Sequence record: SRR2962707_1379
Direction: 5' to 3' (one strand)
Length of the DNA stretch: 36,803 bases
The notes beneath the pieces were generated by a model, which saw only the letters and a list, made by a program, of their open reading frames with translations, was not told the DNA's origin and did not search any database. Below are positions 28,704 through 36,803 of the stretch, piece after piece (the first letter of the stretch is position 1; each line of letters opens with the position of its first letter). The translations under genes were made by a program, and so were the position numbers.

Positions 28704-28812
28704 TGTCCGCTTGGATTCCCGAGAACGGACTGTCCGCTCACCTCGCGACAATGGAAACAACCGGTGGCGTGCGGACTGGCGGCTTTAGTGAGAGCGGCGG
28801 TGTAAGCAGACA
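28704..28812. repeat. Degenerate short repeat element (REP/MITE-like remnant)
   Basis: TGTCCGCTT at 28704 and AAGCAGACA at 28804-28812 form an 8/9 inverted repeat. Internal CGGAC, TGTCCGC and GCGGAC copies. Confidence 0.3.
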
Positions 28813-29132
28813 TCCCGACAATGCCAAATGTCGTCGGTCATAGGATAATTCCTCTTCCCGTTCGCTGCCGACGGCGCCTCTGGAAAGACTGGTAAGTTTG
28901 CGCGATGGCATCGTGTCGATGGCTACCGCTTTGCCCTACATAAAGATCCCAGTTTCCGCGAAACCTACCTCACTGACCTTACGCAGCGGGGTGGCGCCAA
29001 ACCAGCGCGCCGGACGTGCACCAGTCAGGGCATGATCAAGCATCGCTTGATGCGGGATAATATCGTTTAGATCACAACGAGTGCATCGACGTTGATCCTT
29101 GATCTTGGCCGCACGAGGACACCCCGCATCGT

Positions 29133-30413
29133 CTACAATTGCACACGTAATGTGCTGGCGATCCAGTCTGTGATCTTTTGCAGCAGGGGCCTGCCCGCCC
29201 AATCCTTGGGCGCGACCTGCGATGAGCGCGCCAGATCTTGTTCAAAAATGGCTATTTGTTCGGTGGCAAATTCGTGGCTGTACACGTTGAGATTTGCCTC
29301 ATCATTGAGCCGGAACGACCGTTCGTCGAAATTAGCAGATCCTATGGAGGTCCAGCTTTCGTCTATTACGATTATCTTGGCGTGATACATCGTGGGTTCA
29401 TATTCGTAGAAATTGACGCCCGCTTCGAGCAGATCCCCCCAGAAGTGTCTGGACGCAGACCGAACAACATCCTTGTTATGGTGCTCGCCAGGAATAAGTA
29501 TATCGATCATTACACCGCGACGCCGGGCGGCGATCAGCTGAGCGATGGCAATCTCGTCCGGCACAAAATAGGCCGTGCCAATTCGAATGTGGTCCTGAGC
29601 GCTAGCTAGTGCAGTCATGAGCATTGTGTGCATCACGTTGCGCGAACCCGTTGTTGAATAGACCAGTTGCGCGAGTACATTTCCGGCAGGGGCAGTTTCA
29701 GGGAAATGCTCATCTCCCTGCAACACCAGACCCGTGGCCTCCACCCAGTTGAATGCGAAAGCCCCCTGCATGCCCCTCACGATCGGGCCTTCAACACGGT
29801 AGTGAAGATCGCGGAATTCCTCTGGATTGCGAGCATCACCAAGCCACTCGTCGGCAACTCCCACGCCTCCGATAAACCCAATGCGCCCATCGACGACCAG
29901 CAGTTTGCGGTGAGTTCGCGAATTCAGGCGATCCAATGTGAACCATTCGACGGGACGGAACCGCTCGACACTGGCGCCTGCCAACACCATCGACTGTATC
30001 AAACCGTAATCCATTGAGACGCTACCCTGCCAGTCAAGCAGCACGTTTACTTCAACTCCAGCAGCTGCGCGTTCGGCCAATGCTTTAGCAAAACGGGTCC
30101 CTATCGAGCCGCTCCAATATACGTAGGTTTCAAAGTTGATTGAGTGCTCAGCGCCCGCGATGGCTTGGAGCATTGCCGGAAAGATTTCGTCACCGTTTTG
30201 GAGCGTTTCGACGGCATTTCCCTCATCGCTACTGCCTCCGTGAAGCCCAAGCATGGCGCGCTCGAATTCTGCGGACCCAACAGCCATCTCAGTGTCGACG
30301 GGTCCTGATAACTCATGTGGTTCCGGGACCAGTATGATCGCCGCAAATGCGCCAATGATGCCGACGAGCACGAGTGCTAGCGCTCCAAGATAACGCTTTC
30401 GAAGAATGCGCAT
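29133..30413 (-). CDS. Phospholipase D-family cardiolipin synthase
   Basis: Two HKD motifs (HRKLLVVDG and HAKIIVID-GSANFD), NGDEIFPAML, TAYFVP and a single N-terminal TM segment. Start ATG 30413. Confidence 0.9.
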   Translation of the reverse strand: MRILRKRYLGALALVLVGIIGAFAAIILVPEPHELSGPVDTEMAVGSAEFERAMLGLHGGSSDEGNAVETLQNGDEIFPAMLQAIAGAEHSINFETYVYWSGSIGTRFAKALAERAAAGVEVNVLLDWQGSVSMDYGLIQSMVLAGASVERFRPVEWFTLDRLNSRTHRKLLVVDGRIGFIGGVGVADEWLGDARNPEEFRDLHYRVEGPIVRGMQGAFAFNWVEATGLVLQGDEHFPETAPAGNVLAQLVYSTTGSRNVMHTMLMTALASAQDHIRIGTAYFVPDEIAIAQLIAARRRGVMIDILIPGEHHNKDVVRSASRHFWGDLLEAGVNFYEYEPTMYHAKIIVIDESWTSIGSANFDERSFRLNDEANLNVYSHEFATEQIAIFEQDLARSSQVAPKDWAGRPLLQKITDWIASTLRVQL

Positions 30414-30534
30414 TCTAAACCTCAACCGAATTTCCCAGACGCTTTGTTCAAGCCCAAGAGTATGGGGCGACCTTTCAAGCGAGCACACTAATTTTGGAGA
30501 AAACGCCGGAAAATTGGGGGAATTGCCAGTTCAA

Positions 30535-31698
30535 TTAGTCGTCTAAATCACGCGTGTTGCTGGAACTGCGGTCTATCGTCGACATCGAGAAGGTGAATCG
30601 CGTTTCCGTCGAGTCTGACATGACATTGATACGCCCACAGTGCGCCTCAGCGATTTGATTGGCGATGTAGAGCCCCAAGCCCAGACCTTTGGCATTGGAT
30701 TTCACCGACCCACGGCGGAAGGGCTTAAATAGCTCTCCGATCATCTCCGGTGGAATGGGTTTGCCGCCGTTTGAAACGGATACTTCCAGTATCTCTTCAT
30801 TACCCGCCGCTTGGATTCGAATTGGCAGATCTTGTGCGCCGTGCGTGACTGCGTTTCCAAGTAGGTTTGAAACGAGTTGCGCCAATCGGACATGATCGAC
30901 TGGTGGGTTGTGGTCGATGCGAATGTCGACAGAAAACTCACGTTCCGGCCAAGCCGCCTGCTGTTCGTCAATGACCTGGGTTAGCGTCGGCTCAAGAGGC
31001 CGCCCGTGCTCAATATGCAGCACCATACCGTCGCCGTGCTGCGTCCGAGCAAGGTCCAGGATGTTTTCAATCAGTCCACTCATGCGTGACACGCTGCGCT
31101 GCATGAGTTGGAGTATCGTCGGCGTGCGCTCCGAAAAGCCTCGTTTTAGCAGCTGGCCTAGTCCCGCATCGACGGCCGCAAGTGGATTCCTCAGGTCATG
31201 ACCCAGCACGGCAATAAACTGCTCCCGCAACTCGGCGTCGGCCTGGAGCGCAGCATTGGCCTTCTCGAGCTGCAATCTGGCGGCCCGCTCGGTTTCTTGA
31301 GCATTGACCAGCTCGCGTTCGTAACGCCGGCGCTCATGGGCTCGGAAAACTGTCACCCGCGTAAACAAAACGTCGCCGGCTTCGGTGCGCTTCTCTGCAG
31401 CGTTTGCCAGCACTGGCAAAAGCTCACCATCTGCCTTGATAATGTCGAGAGCAACCTCATCGAAAAAGCCCTGCATTCGCAGCAGCGGTGCGAAGTGGGT
31501 TTCATAGAATATGGCGCCGGACACATTCAGCAGATCCCGTAGCCGCTTCTCAAGCAGATCTTCGGGCCTCAGACCGGTCCATCGGCAAAAGGTGCCATTG
31601 AACTTGACGATACGGCCCTTTGGCGAAAGCGATAGATATCCGCAGGGCGCATTCTCATAAAGGTCTTCAAGGTCCTCGGGCACCAACTGATCAGACAA
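30535..31698 (-). CDS. Cytoplasmic PAS histidine kinase with RsbP-type PAS domain
   Basis: LYENAPCGYLS and IFYETHFAPLL (RsbP-like PAS), H-box GHDLRNPL, N-box NLLGNA and GLGLGL. Probable TTG start at 31698 overlaps the upstream hydrolase stop. Confidence 0.88.
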   Translation of the reverse strand: MSDQLVPEDLEDLYENAPCGYLSLSPKGRIVKFNGTFCRWTGLRPEDLLEKRLRDLLNVSGAIFYETHFAPLLRMQGFFDEVALDIIKADGELLPVLANAAEKRTEAGDVLFTRVTVFRAHERRRYERELVNAQETERAARLQLEKANAALQADAELREQFIAVLGHDLRNPLAAVDAGLGQLLKRGFSERTPTILQLMQRSVSRMSGLIENILDLARTQHGDGMVLHIEHGRPLEPTLTQVIDEQQAAWPEREFSVDIRIDHNPPVDHVRLAQLVSNLLGNAVTHGAQDLPIRIQAAGNEEILEVSVSNGGKPIPPEMIGELFKPFRRGSVKSNAKGLGLGLYIANQIAEAHCGRINVMSDSTETRFTFSMSTIDRSSSNTRDLDD

Positions 31699-32485
31699 AG
31701 GCGTCCATCGCGTTGATGACCTCTTGGGGCGCACTCAAGTTGGGACAGTGACCACTCGCGTCGAGATAGACAATTTGGCTGCCGGCCACTTCACGGTGAA
31801 CATATTCGCCGACCTCTTCAGCAGCAATGATATCGTCTCGGCATTGAAGAATCAGAGTGCGCGCCGTGACGTTTCGCAGGTCAGCGCGATTATCCGAAGT
31901 GAAAGTCGCCCGCGCGAACTGCTTGGCAATCTCTGGGTCGGTCCGACAAAAACTATTGGTCAACTCCTCGCTGAGCTCGGGCTTTTCGAGATTGCCCATG
32001 ATCGCCGGTGCCATCGCCGCAGACCACCCCATGTGGTTGTCCGCAAGTGATGCGAGAAGTTCCTCGATCTGCGCCTCACTGAAGCCGCCGGTGTAGTCCG
32101 CGTCGTCAATGTATCGCGGGGATGGCCCCACCATAACCAGGTCAGAGAACAATTCTGGGGCCTCAATTTGGGCGAGGGCGCCGATCATGGCGCTAACCGA
32201 ATGGCCGACAAATACTGCATCCTTCAAACCCAGTTCGCGACCGATCTCGACCACATCCGCGGCATAGCCACCGAGCGTGGCGTACTTCCTCGGATCATAG
32301 GCCGAATGGTCTGAACGCCCGGCGCCCACATGATCGAATAACACGGTCCTAAACTGGCCGCGGAAAGACGGCTCAACAAAACGCCACATATTCTGATCAC
32401 AACCGAACCCGTGCGCAAAGACAATCGTACGTTCGCCTGAACCGTCGATAGAAATGTTGTTTCGCTGAAGTATTGTCACTGGCAC
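31691..32485 (-). CDS. rsbQ: RsbQ-like alpha/beta hydrolase (RsbQ/KAI2/D14 family)
   Basis: RNNI, FAHGFGCDQNMW, GHSVSAM nucleophile, PSPRY and GHCP are the RsbQ signature set. Confidence 0.88.
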   Translation of the reverse strand: MPVTILQRNNISIDGSGERTIVFAHGFGCDQNMWRFVEPSFRGQFRTVLFDHVGAGRSDHSAYDPRKYATLGGYAADVVEIGRELGLKDAVFVGHSVSAMIGALAQIEAPELFSDLVMVGPSPRYIDDADYTGGFSEAQIEELLASLADNHMGWSAAMAPAIMGNLEKPELSEELTNSFCRTDPEIAKQFARATFTSDNRADLRNVTARTLILQCRDDIIAAEEVGEYVHREVAGSQIVYLDASGHCPNLSAPQEVINAMDAFV

Positions 32486-32588
32486 CTCGGTGTGAATCCG
32501 GTTGTCGCTGTTCTGAGCATGTTAAGCAATCCAGATAAGGATAGTGCGTGGATAGAACCGCCTAACAAATGCGGGACCTTGCGAAATT

Positions 32589-35500
32589 TTACTGTTCGAT
32601 CAACTCCCGGACCTTCCTTCCGAGTTGGTCCATCTGAAATGGCTTGGTCAGGATTTGCATGCCAGTTTCAAGGTGGCCGTGGTTCAGAACTGCTTTTTCC
32701 GCATAACCGGTGACGAATAGGACACGTAGTTCCGGGCGGCTCTCGCGAGCTGCGTCTGCGATCTGGCGACCGTTCATGCCACCGGGAAGCCCAACATCAG
32801 TGATCAACAAATCGATTTTCTGCGTTGAATTAAGAACTTTGAGCGCCGACGCACCGTCGTAGGCCTCGATAACCGTGTAATCGAGTTCCTGGAGGGCCTC
32901 GGCAGCGATCATGCGAATAAGTGGTTCGTCGTCGACGAGCAGTACCGTTTCATTCTCATCAGCTCGAGTTGGCTCAGGAAGGTGCTCGGTAAGTTCTACC
33001 GGATCAGCATTCCCTAGGTGTCGCGGCAGGTAGAGGCACAGCGTCGTACCCCTATCCACCTCAGAGTGGATTCGCGCCGTACCGCCGGATTGACCTGCGA
33101 ATCCGTAAACCATTGAAAGTCCGAGCCCAGTACCTTCTCCAATGGGTTTCGTGGTGTAAAATGGGTCGAAGGCGCGGTCGACAACATCAGGCGTCATGCC
33201 GGTGCCAGTATCGCTGACGCACAGCGATACGTATTGTCCAGCATCTAGGTTGTGACGTTTGGCACTCGTCTCATCCATCCACCGATTGGCCGTTTCGATG
33301 GTGAGTTTGCCGCCCTCGGGCATCGCATCACGGGCGTTGATGCAAAGATTAAGCAGTGCGTTCTCAAGCTGGCCCACGTCAACGAAAGTTGGCCACAAAC
33401 CCGTGCCGCTAACCGCCTCGACCTCAATGCCGGGACCGACGCTGCGGTGGATCAACTCAAGCATGCCCGCGACCAGATTGTTGAGGTTTGCCGGCTTGGG
33501 TTCAAGCGTTTGACGTCGTGAGAAGGCAAGCAGTCGCTGTGTCAGGTTCGCAGCGCGTTTTGCTGCAACAGAAGCACCATCAATGTAGCGGTCGAGTTCC
33601 CCAATCCTGCCCTGAGCGAGCCTGCTCGTCATCATCTCAAGGCTACCGCTGATCCCCGCCAAAATATTATTGAAGTCGTGGGCAAGGCCGCCAGTCAATT
33701 GACCAACGGCTTCCATTTTTTGCGCCTGGCGCAAAGCTTCTTGGGCGCTAGCAAGTTCTTGTTCTCGAACTTTAGCAGCGCTTAAGTCGCGTCCAACCGC
33801 GATAAAGTTCTGACCATCAGGCTCAGGCGCAACAGTCCACTCGATCCACTTCCAATCGCCATCCTTGGTAGCGATCCGGTTCTCAAATCGCGTTGGTTGG
33901 CCAGATTCACCCATGCTGGCCAACGCAGCCAGTGTTGGCTCCATATCCTCGTGGTGCATGAACGTCGCATAGGGTCGGCTGATGAGTTCCGATTCAGACC
34001 AACCGAGAATCTTCGTCCACGCAGGGCTGACAGCGGACATCATGCCCTCTAGATTCGCTTGGGCGAACATGTCCTGTGACAGCGTCCAAAGGCGATCACG
34101 CTCCGCCGTTCTCTCAGCGACCCGTTGCTCCAGTTGTTCGTTAAATCTGCGCAATTCCTCTTCGGCCAACTTTCGATCGTGGATATCCACCGATGATGCG
34201 AACCATCGCAACACTTTGCCCGAGGCGTCATCAAGGTGAGGTTCGCCGCGGGCGAGGAACCAACGATACTGACCAGTGCCGCCGCGAAGACGGTGCTCTA
34301 TTGAAAATGGCGCGCCCGTACGGCGGGTTTCGGCAAGGACCGCGAAGGTAGCCTTCTGGTCATCGGGATGCACATAGGTTTCAATCAAGGCATCTGAGGA
34401 AGGGGGAACAAGCTGTTGGCCAATATAGTCAAACCACTGCTTATTCATGAACTCGACATGGCCTTCATCGTCAGTAATCCAGACGATCTGGGGCACAGCA
34501 TTGGCCATCAGCCGAAATTGGACTTCGCTGTCGCGGAGTGCCATCTCTGCTATTGCACGCTGTCCAGCATCCCAGCTCCGATTGGCTACTTCTTGGATCA
34601 GAGACACATCGTCAGGTGACCACAGGCGAGGCAGGCGGGTGTTCACATAGAGCGCGGCAACAAATCTGCCATCGCGTACCAGAGGCACTGATACCACCCC
34701 GCGTGTATCAAGAGCCGCCCAGACAGGTTCTGCGCTCGTACTATCTGCTTGAATGTCCTGGATAACGACAATATCGCCGCGGCGCTGGCTTTCAATGCGT
34801 GCGGGACCAAACTCGTCGAGAAGGTAGTCCTCGGTCAGCGGGATCATCCCATCGGTGGTGTAAGATCCGGTCGTTCGAACCAGCCTGTCACCAATTATCT
34901 CGCCGTATCCTACGCGATCGGCGTCGAGGTATTTGCCGAGCAATTCGACAGTCGCCTGAACGATGGCACCCGGTTCGGTGAGACCGCGCAGCCGATCTTC
35001 CAATTGGAGTCTGAACTTTTGTCGGCGCTCATTAAGGACACGGTCCGTAACGTCCACCCCGTCCACAAAAATGCCGGTCACGTTGCCTTCGCCGTCCGTC
35101 ACCGGCTGGTAGACAAAGTCCACGTATCGATCTTCTACGGCGCCACCTGGAAACGCCTGAACTCGATAATTCGCGCCATGCGTTTCATAGGCCTCGTTGC
35201 GGGCGAACACTTGATCAAGCAGATCGAGATATCCCTGCGCAACCGCGTCCTGAAGCGTTTCCGAGACCGTTTTTCCAAGGACGTCACGATGACCCACCAA
35301 CTGCATATAGGCAGGGTTGGTCATGACGATACGATGCTCTGGCCCACTCAACATGGCTCTAAAGCCCGGTGCTTGGGAGAACATGCGACTAAGCCGATCA
35401 TTTTCGGCTACTCGACGACGGTCGGCAAGCACCTGGTCCGTGATCTCAACACACGCACACAAGAACCCGGCAACCTGGCCTTGCTCATCACGTATTGGCG

Positions 35501-35876
35501 TATATGAGAACGAGAAGTGGGCTTCTTCTTGAAACCCCTTCCGGTTCATTTGGAGTTCGATATCCTCCATATGAACCGGCTCGCCGCGATACGCTTGGTC
35601 AACGATAGGCACCAAATCCGACCGGATTTCGGCCCATGCATCAAGGAAATCTCGGCCCAGCGCTGCGGGATGTTTTGAAGCCAGTATCTGGGCATAGGCA
35701 TCGTTGTATAGGAACGTCCGTTGCGGCCCCCAGGCGATAAACATCGCTTGGTTCGATGCCAGCATCAACTCCACAAGAGTTTTGAGTGGTTGGGGCCAGT
35801 TCGCTGGATCACCAAGGGGCGTAGCCGACCAGCGAAACGCACGAATTAAATCTGCCGTTGAACGATTTTCCGACAT
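32589..35876 (-). CDS. Cytoplasmic hybrid histidine kinase (multi-PAS-GAF-PAS-HisKA-HATPase-REC)
   Basis: WSATPLG-WP N-terminus, several PAS/PAC repeats, GAF (ADRVGYGE, SVPLVRDG), H-box AHDFNN, NLCINARDA, GTGLGL and receiver (VDDE, ITDVGLPG, KPF). No TM segments. Confidence 0.92.
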   Translation of the reverse strand: MSENRSTADLIRAFRWSATPLGDPANWPQPLKTLVELMLASNQAMFIAWGPQRTFLYNDAYAQILASKHPAALGRDFLDAWAEIRSDLVPIVDQAYRGEPVHMEDIELQMNRKGFQEEAHFSFSYTPIRDEQGQVAGFLCACVEITDQVLADRRRVAENDRLSRMFSQAPGFRAMLSGPEHRIVMTNPAYMQLVGHRDVLGKTVSETLQDAVAQGYLDLLDQVFARNEAYETHGANYRVQAFPGGAVEDRYVDFVYQPVTDGEGNVTGIFVDGVDVTDRVLNERRQKFRLQLEDRLRGLTEPGAIVQATVELLGKYLDADRVGYGEIIGDRLVRTTGSYTTDGMIPLTEDYLLDEFGPARIESQRRGDIVVIQDIQADSTSAEPVWAALDTRGVVSVPLVRDGRFVAALYVNTRLPRLWSPDDVSLIQEVANRSWDAGQRAIAEMALRDSEVQFRLMANAVPQIVWITDDEGHVEFMNKQWFDYIGQQLVPPSSDALIETYVHPDDQKATFAVLAETRRTGAPFSIEHRLRGGTGQYRWFLARGEPHLDDASGKVLRWFASSVDIHDRKLAEEELRRFNEQLEQRVAERTAERDRLWTLSQDMFAQANLEGMMSAVSPAWTKILGWSESELISRPYATFMHHEDMEPTLAALASMGESGQPTRFENRIATKDGDWKWIEWTVAPEPDGQNFIAVGRDLSAAKVREQELASAQEALRQAQKMEAVGQLTGGLAHDFNNILAGISGSLEMMTSRLAQGRIGELDRYIDGASVAAKRAANLTQRLLAFSRRQTLEPKPANLNNLVAGMLELIHRSVGPGIEVEAVSGTGLWPTFVDVGQLENALLNLCINARDAMPEGGKLTIETANRWMDETSAKRHNLDAGQYVSLCVSDTGTGMTPDVVDRAFDPFYTTKPIGEGTGLGLSMVYGFAGQSGGTARIHSEVDRGTTLCLYLPRHLGNADPVELTEHLPEPTRADENETVLLVDDEPLIRMIAAEALQELDYTVIEAYDGASALKVLNSTQKIDLLITDVGLPGGMNGRQIADAARESRPELRVLFVTGYAEKAVLNHGHLETGMQILTKPFQMDQLGRKVRELIEQ

Positions 35877-36244
35877 GGCGGATTTTGCCCCATACTTAAA
35901 GAGGCCGCCTCCGCAGAGGCGACCAAATATGGTCCTCTAACTCGCAGCGAGCGAAAAGGTTTCAGCCGATTTATTCAGGAGAACACGCAGTGACAGAAGC
36001 TCCCGCTCCTTTCTGGGGCCTAGCAACCCTTAGCCGCATTGCTGCTGGGTCCAGCTGCTGCCTTTCTTCACAACGCAGACAAGCAGCTCCTGCCCATGCG
36101 ATCGCGACAGCGGACGCCTAAAGCAAATCGCATATTTCACCCCGAAGCTTTAACTGAACCGGAATGGCTTAGCTGCGGCCGGTACTCCAACTTTTTCACT
36201 GAACGTGCCTTTCGCAAAAAAAATCCTAAAAAAGGCCGCCTCCC

Positions 36245-36272
36245 GGTCGAAAATGCACGGCGTGGTTCGTTG
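36245..36272 (+). promoter_or_regulatory. Candidate ECF42-type sigma promoter
   Basis: GGTCGA-N17-CGTTG about 30 nt upstream of a DGPF gene; resembles the TGTCGA/CG(A/T)C motif known for ECF42 targets. Confidence 0.45.
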
Positions 36273-36302
36273 TTGGATCATAGCATCTGAAGGGGATATG
36301 AA

Positions 36303-36653
36303 ATGCGATACATGTGCCTGGTGATTATTGACAAGAGCATGGCCGATAGCATGACGCCGGTGGATTGGACCATCATGAACGAGAACTCCCAATCGTATGA
36401 TCGAGAGTTGAAGGAACGTGGCGTTTACGTTCATGCTGAAGCTCTGATGGGACCCGATACTGCTCGTACCGTCCGCGTGCGCGCCGACAATATTTCCATC
36501 ACTGACGGACCGTTTACTGAAAGCAAGGAGCTGGTAGGCGGCTTTATACTGATTGATGTGGCAGATGAATCCGCGGCAATGGACGTTGCCCAGAACATTC
36601 CCATGGCTCGGCTGGGGGCGGTGGAGGTACGGCCAGTCATGGCGTTTTCCTAG
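36303..36653 (+). CDS. YciI/DGPF-domain protein
   Basis: MRYMCL, ITDGPFTESKELVGGF and GAVEVRP. GAAGGGG RBS upstream. Confidence 0.9.
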   Translation: MRYMCLVIIDKSMADSMTPVDWTIMNENSQSYDRELKERGVYVHAEALMGPDTARTVRVRADNISITDGPFTESKELVGGFILIDVADESAAMDVAQNIPMARLGAVEVRPVMAFS

Positions 36654-36764
36654 GGCACGCCAATGCTCCCGTCGCCGTACCGTATAGCGCGACTGGGCCT
36701 CTAGGCTCGCCCTGAAACGGAACAACGAATTGGACCTTGAGATACGACCGTGGAGAGCATCAGG

Positions 36765-36803
36765 ATGGGTCGGATAATAGTCAGCAATTTCATCACTATC
36801 GAT
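36765..36803 (+). CDS. Start of a dihydrofolate-reductase/RibD C-terminal family protein (partial)
   Basis: GGAGAG upstream, then MGRIIVSNFITID to the window edge, resembling the MRKIIVSxFxSLDG N-terminus of that family. Only 13 codons are visible. Confidence 0.55.
   Translation, partial: MGRIIVSNFITID

Noticed and set aside
28936-29202. 88-aa minus-strand ORF downstream of the cardiolipin synthase
   Set aside because: Overlaps the cls end in another frame, with no RBS or motif.
30420-30535. GAAC...GTT motifs upstream of cls as a possible EcfG promoter
   Set aside because: Spacer lengths do not fit the 16-17 nt consensus.
36150-36725. 191-aa minus-strand ORF
   Set aside because: Antisense to the well-supported DGPF gene; no motifs.
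1-36803. CRISPR arrays, tRNA/rRNA genes, transposases, integrases and anti-phage defence genes
   Set aside because: No regularly spaced repeats, RNA-gene signatures or such protein motifs seen. The PLD-family gene has the two-HKD cardiolipin-synthase layout rather than a nuclease one.

Overview
High-GC alphaproteobacterial (Hyphomicrobiales-like, inferred from the protein families) chromosomal window with no rRNA, tRNA, CRISPR or transposase recognised. In order it carries: an SLC13/TrkA-C permease (partial), an alpha/beta hydrolase and a MATE pump; a phosphorelay/c-di-GMP cluster (single-domain receiver, MASE1-CHASE-PAS hybrid kinase, REC-REC-GGEEF cyclase, Hpt, and a REC-degenerate GGDEF-PilZ fusion); an atypical nucleoside hydrolase followed by a truncated SDR remnant; tctCBA with divergent tctDE and an orphan binding protein; an 8-gene operon resembling the Agrobacterium acc (agrocinopine) locus but with three phospho-ester hydrolases and a Pho-box-like site; an apparently lower-GC block with a cardiolipin synthase, an RsbQ/PAS-kinase pair and a multi-PAS/GAF hybrid kinase; and a DGPF/YciI gene plus the start of a DHFR-family gene. 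The best candidates for an undescribed system are the acc-like phosphodiester-scavenging operon (20272-28627) and the c-di-GMP phosphorelay (4669-11809). All family calls come from motif recognition by eye; no database search was run.
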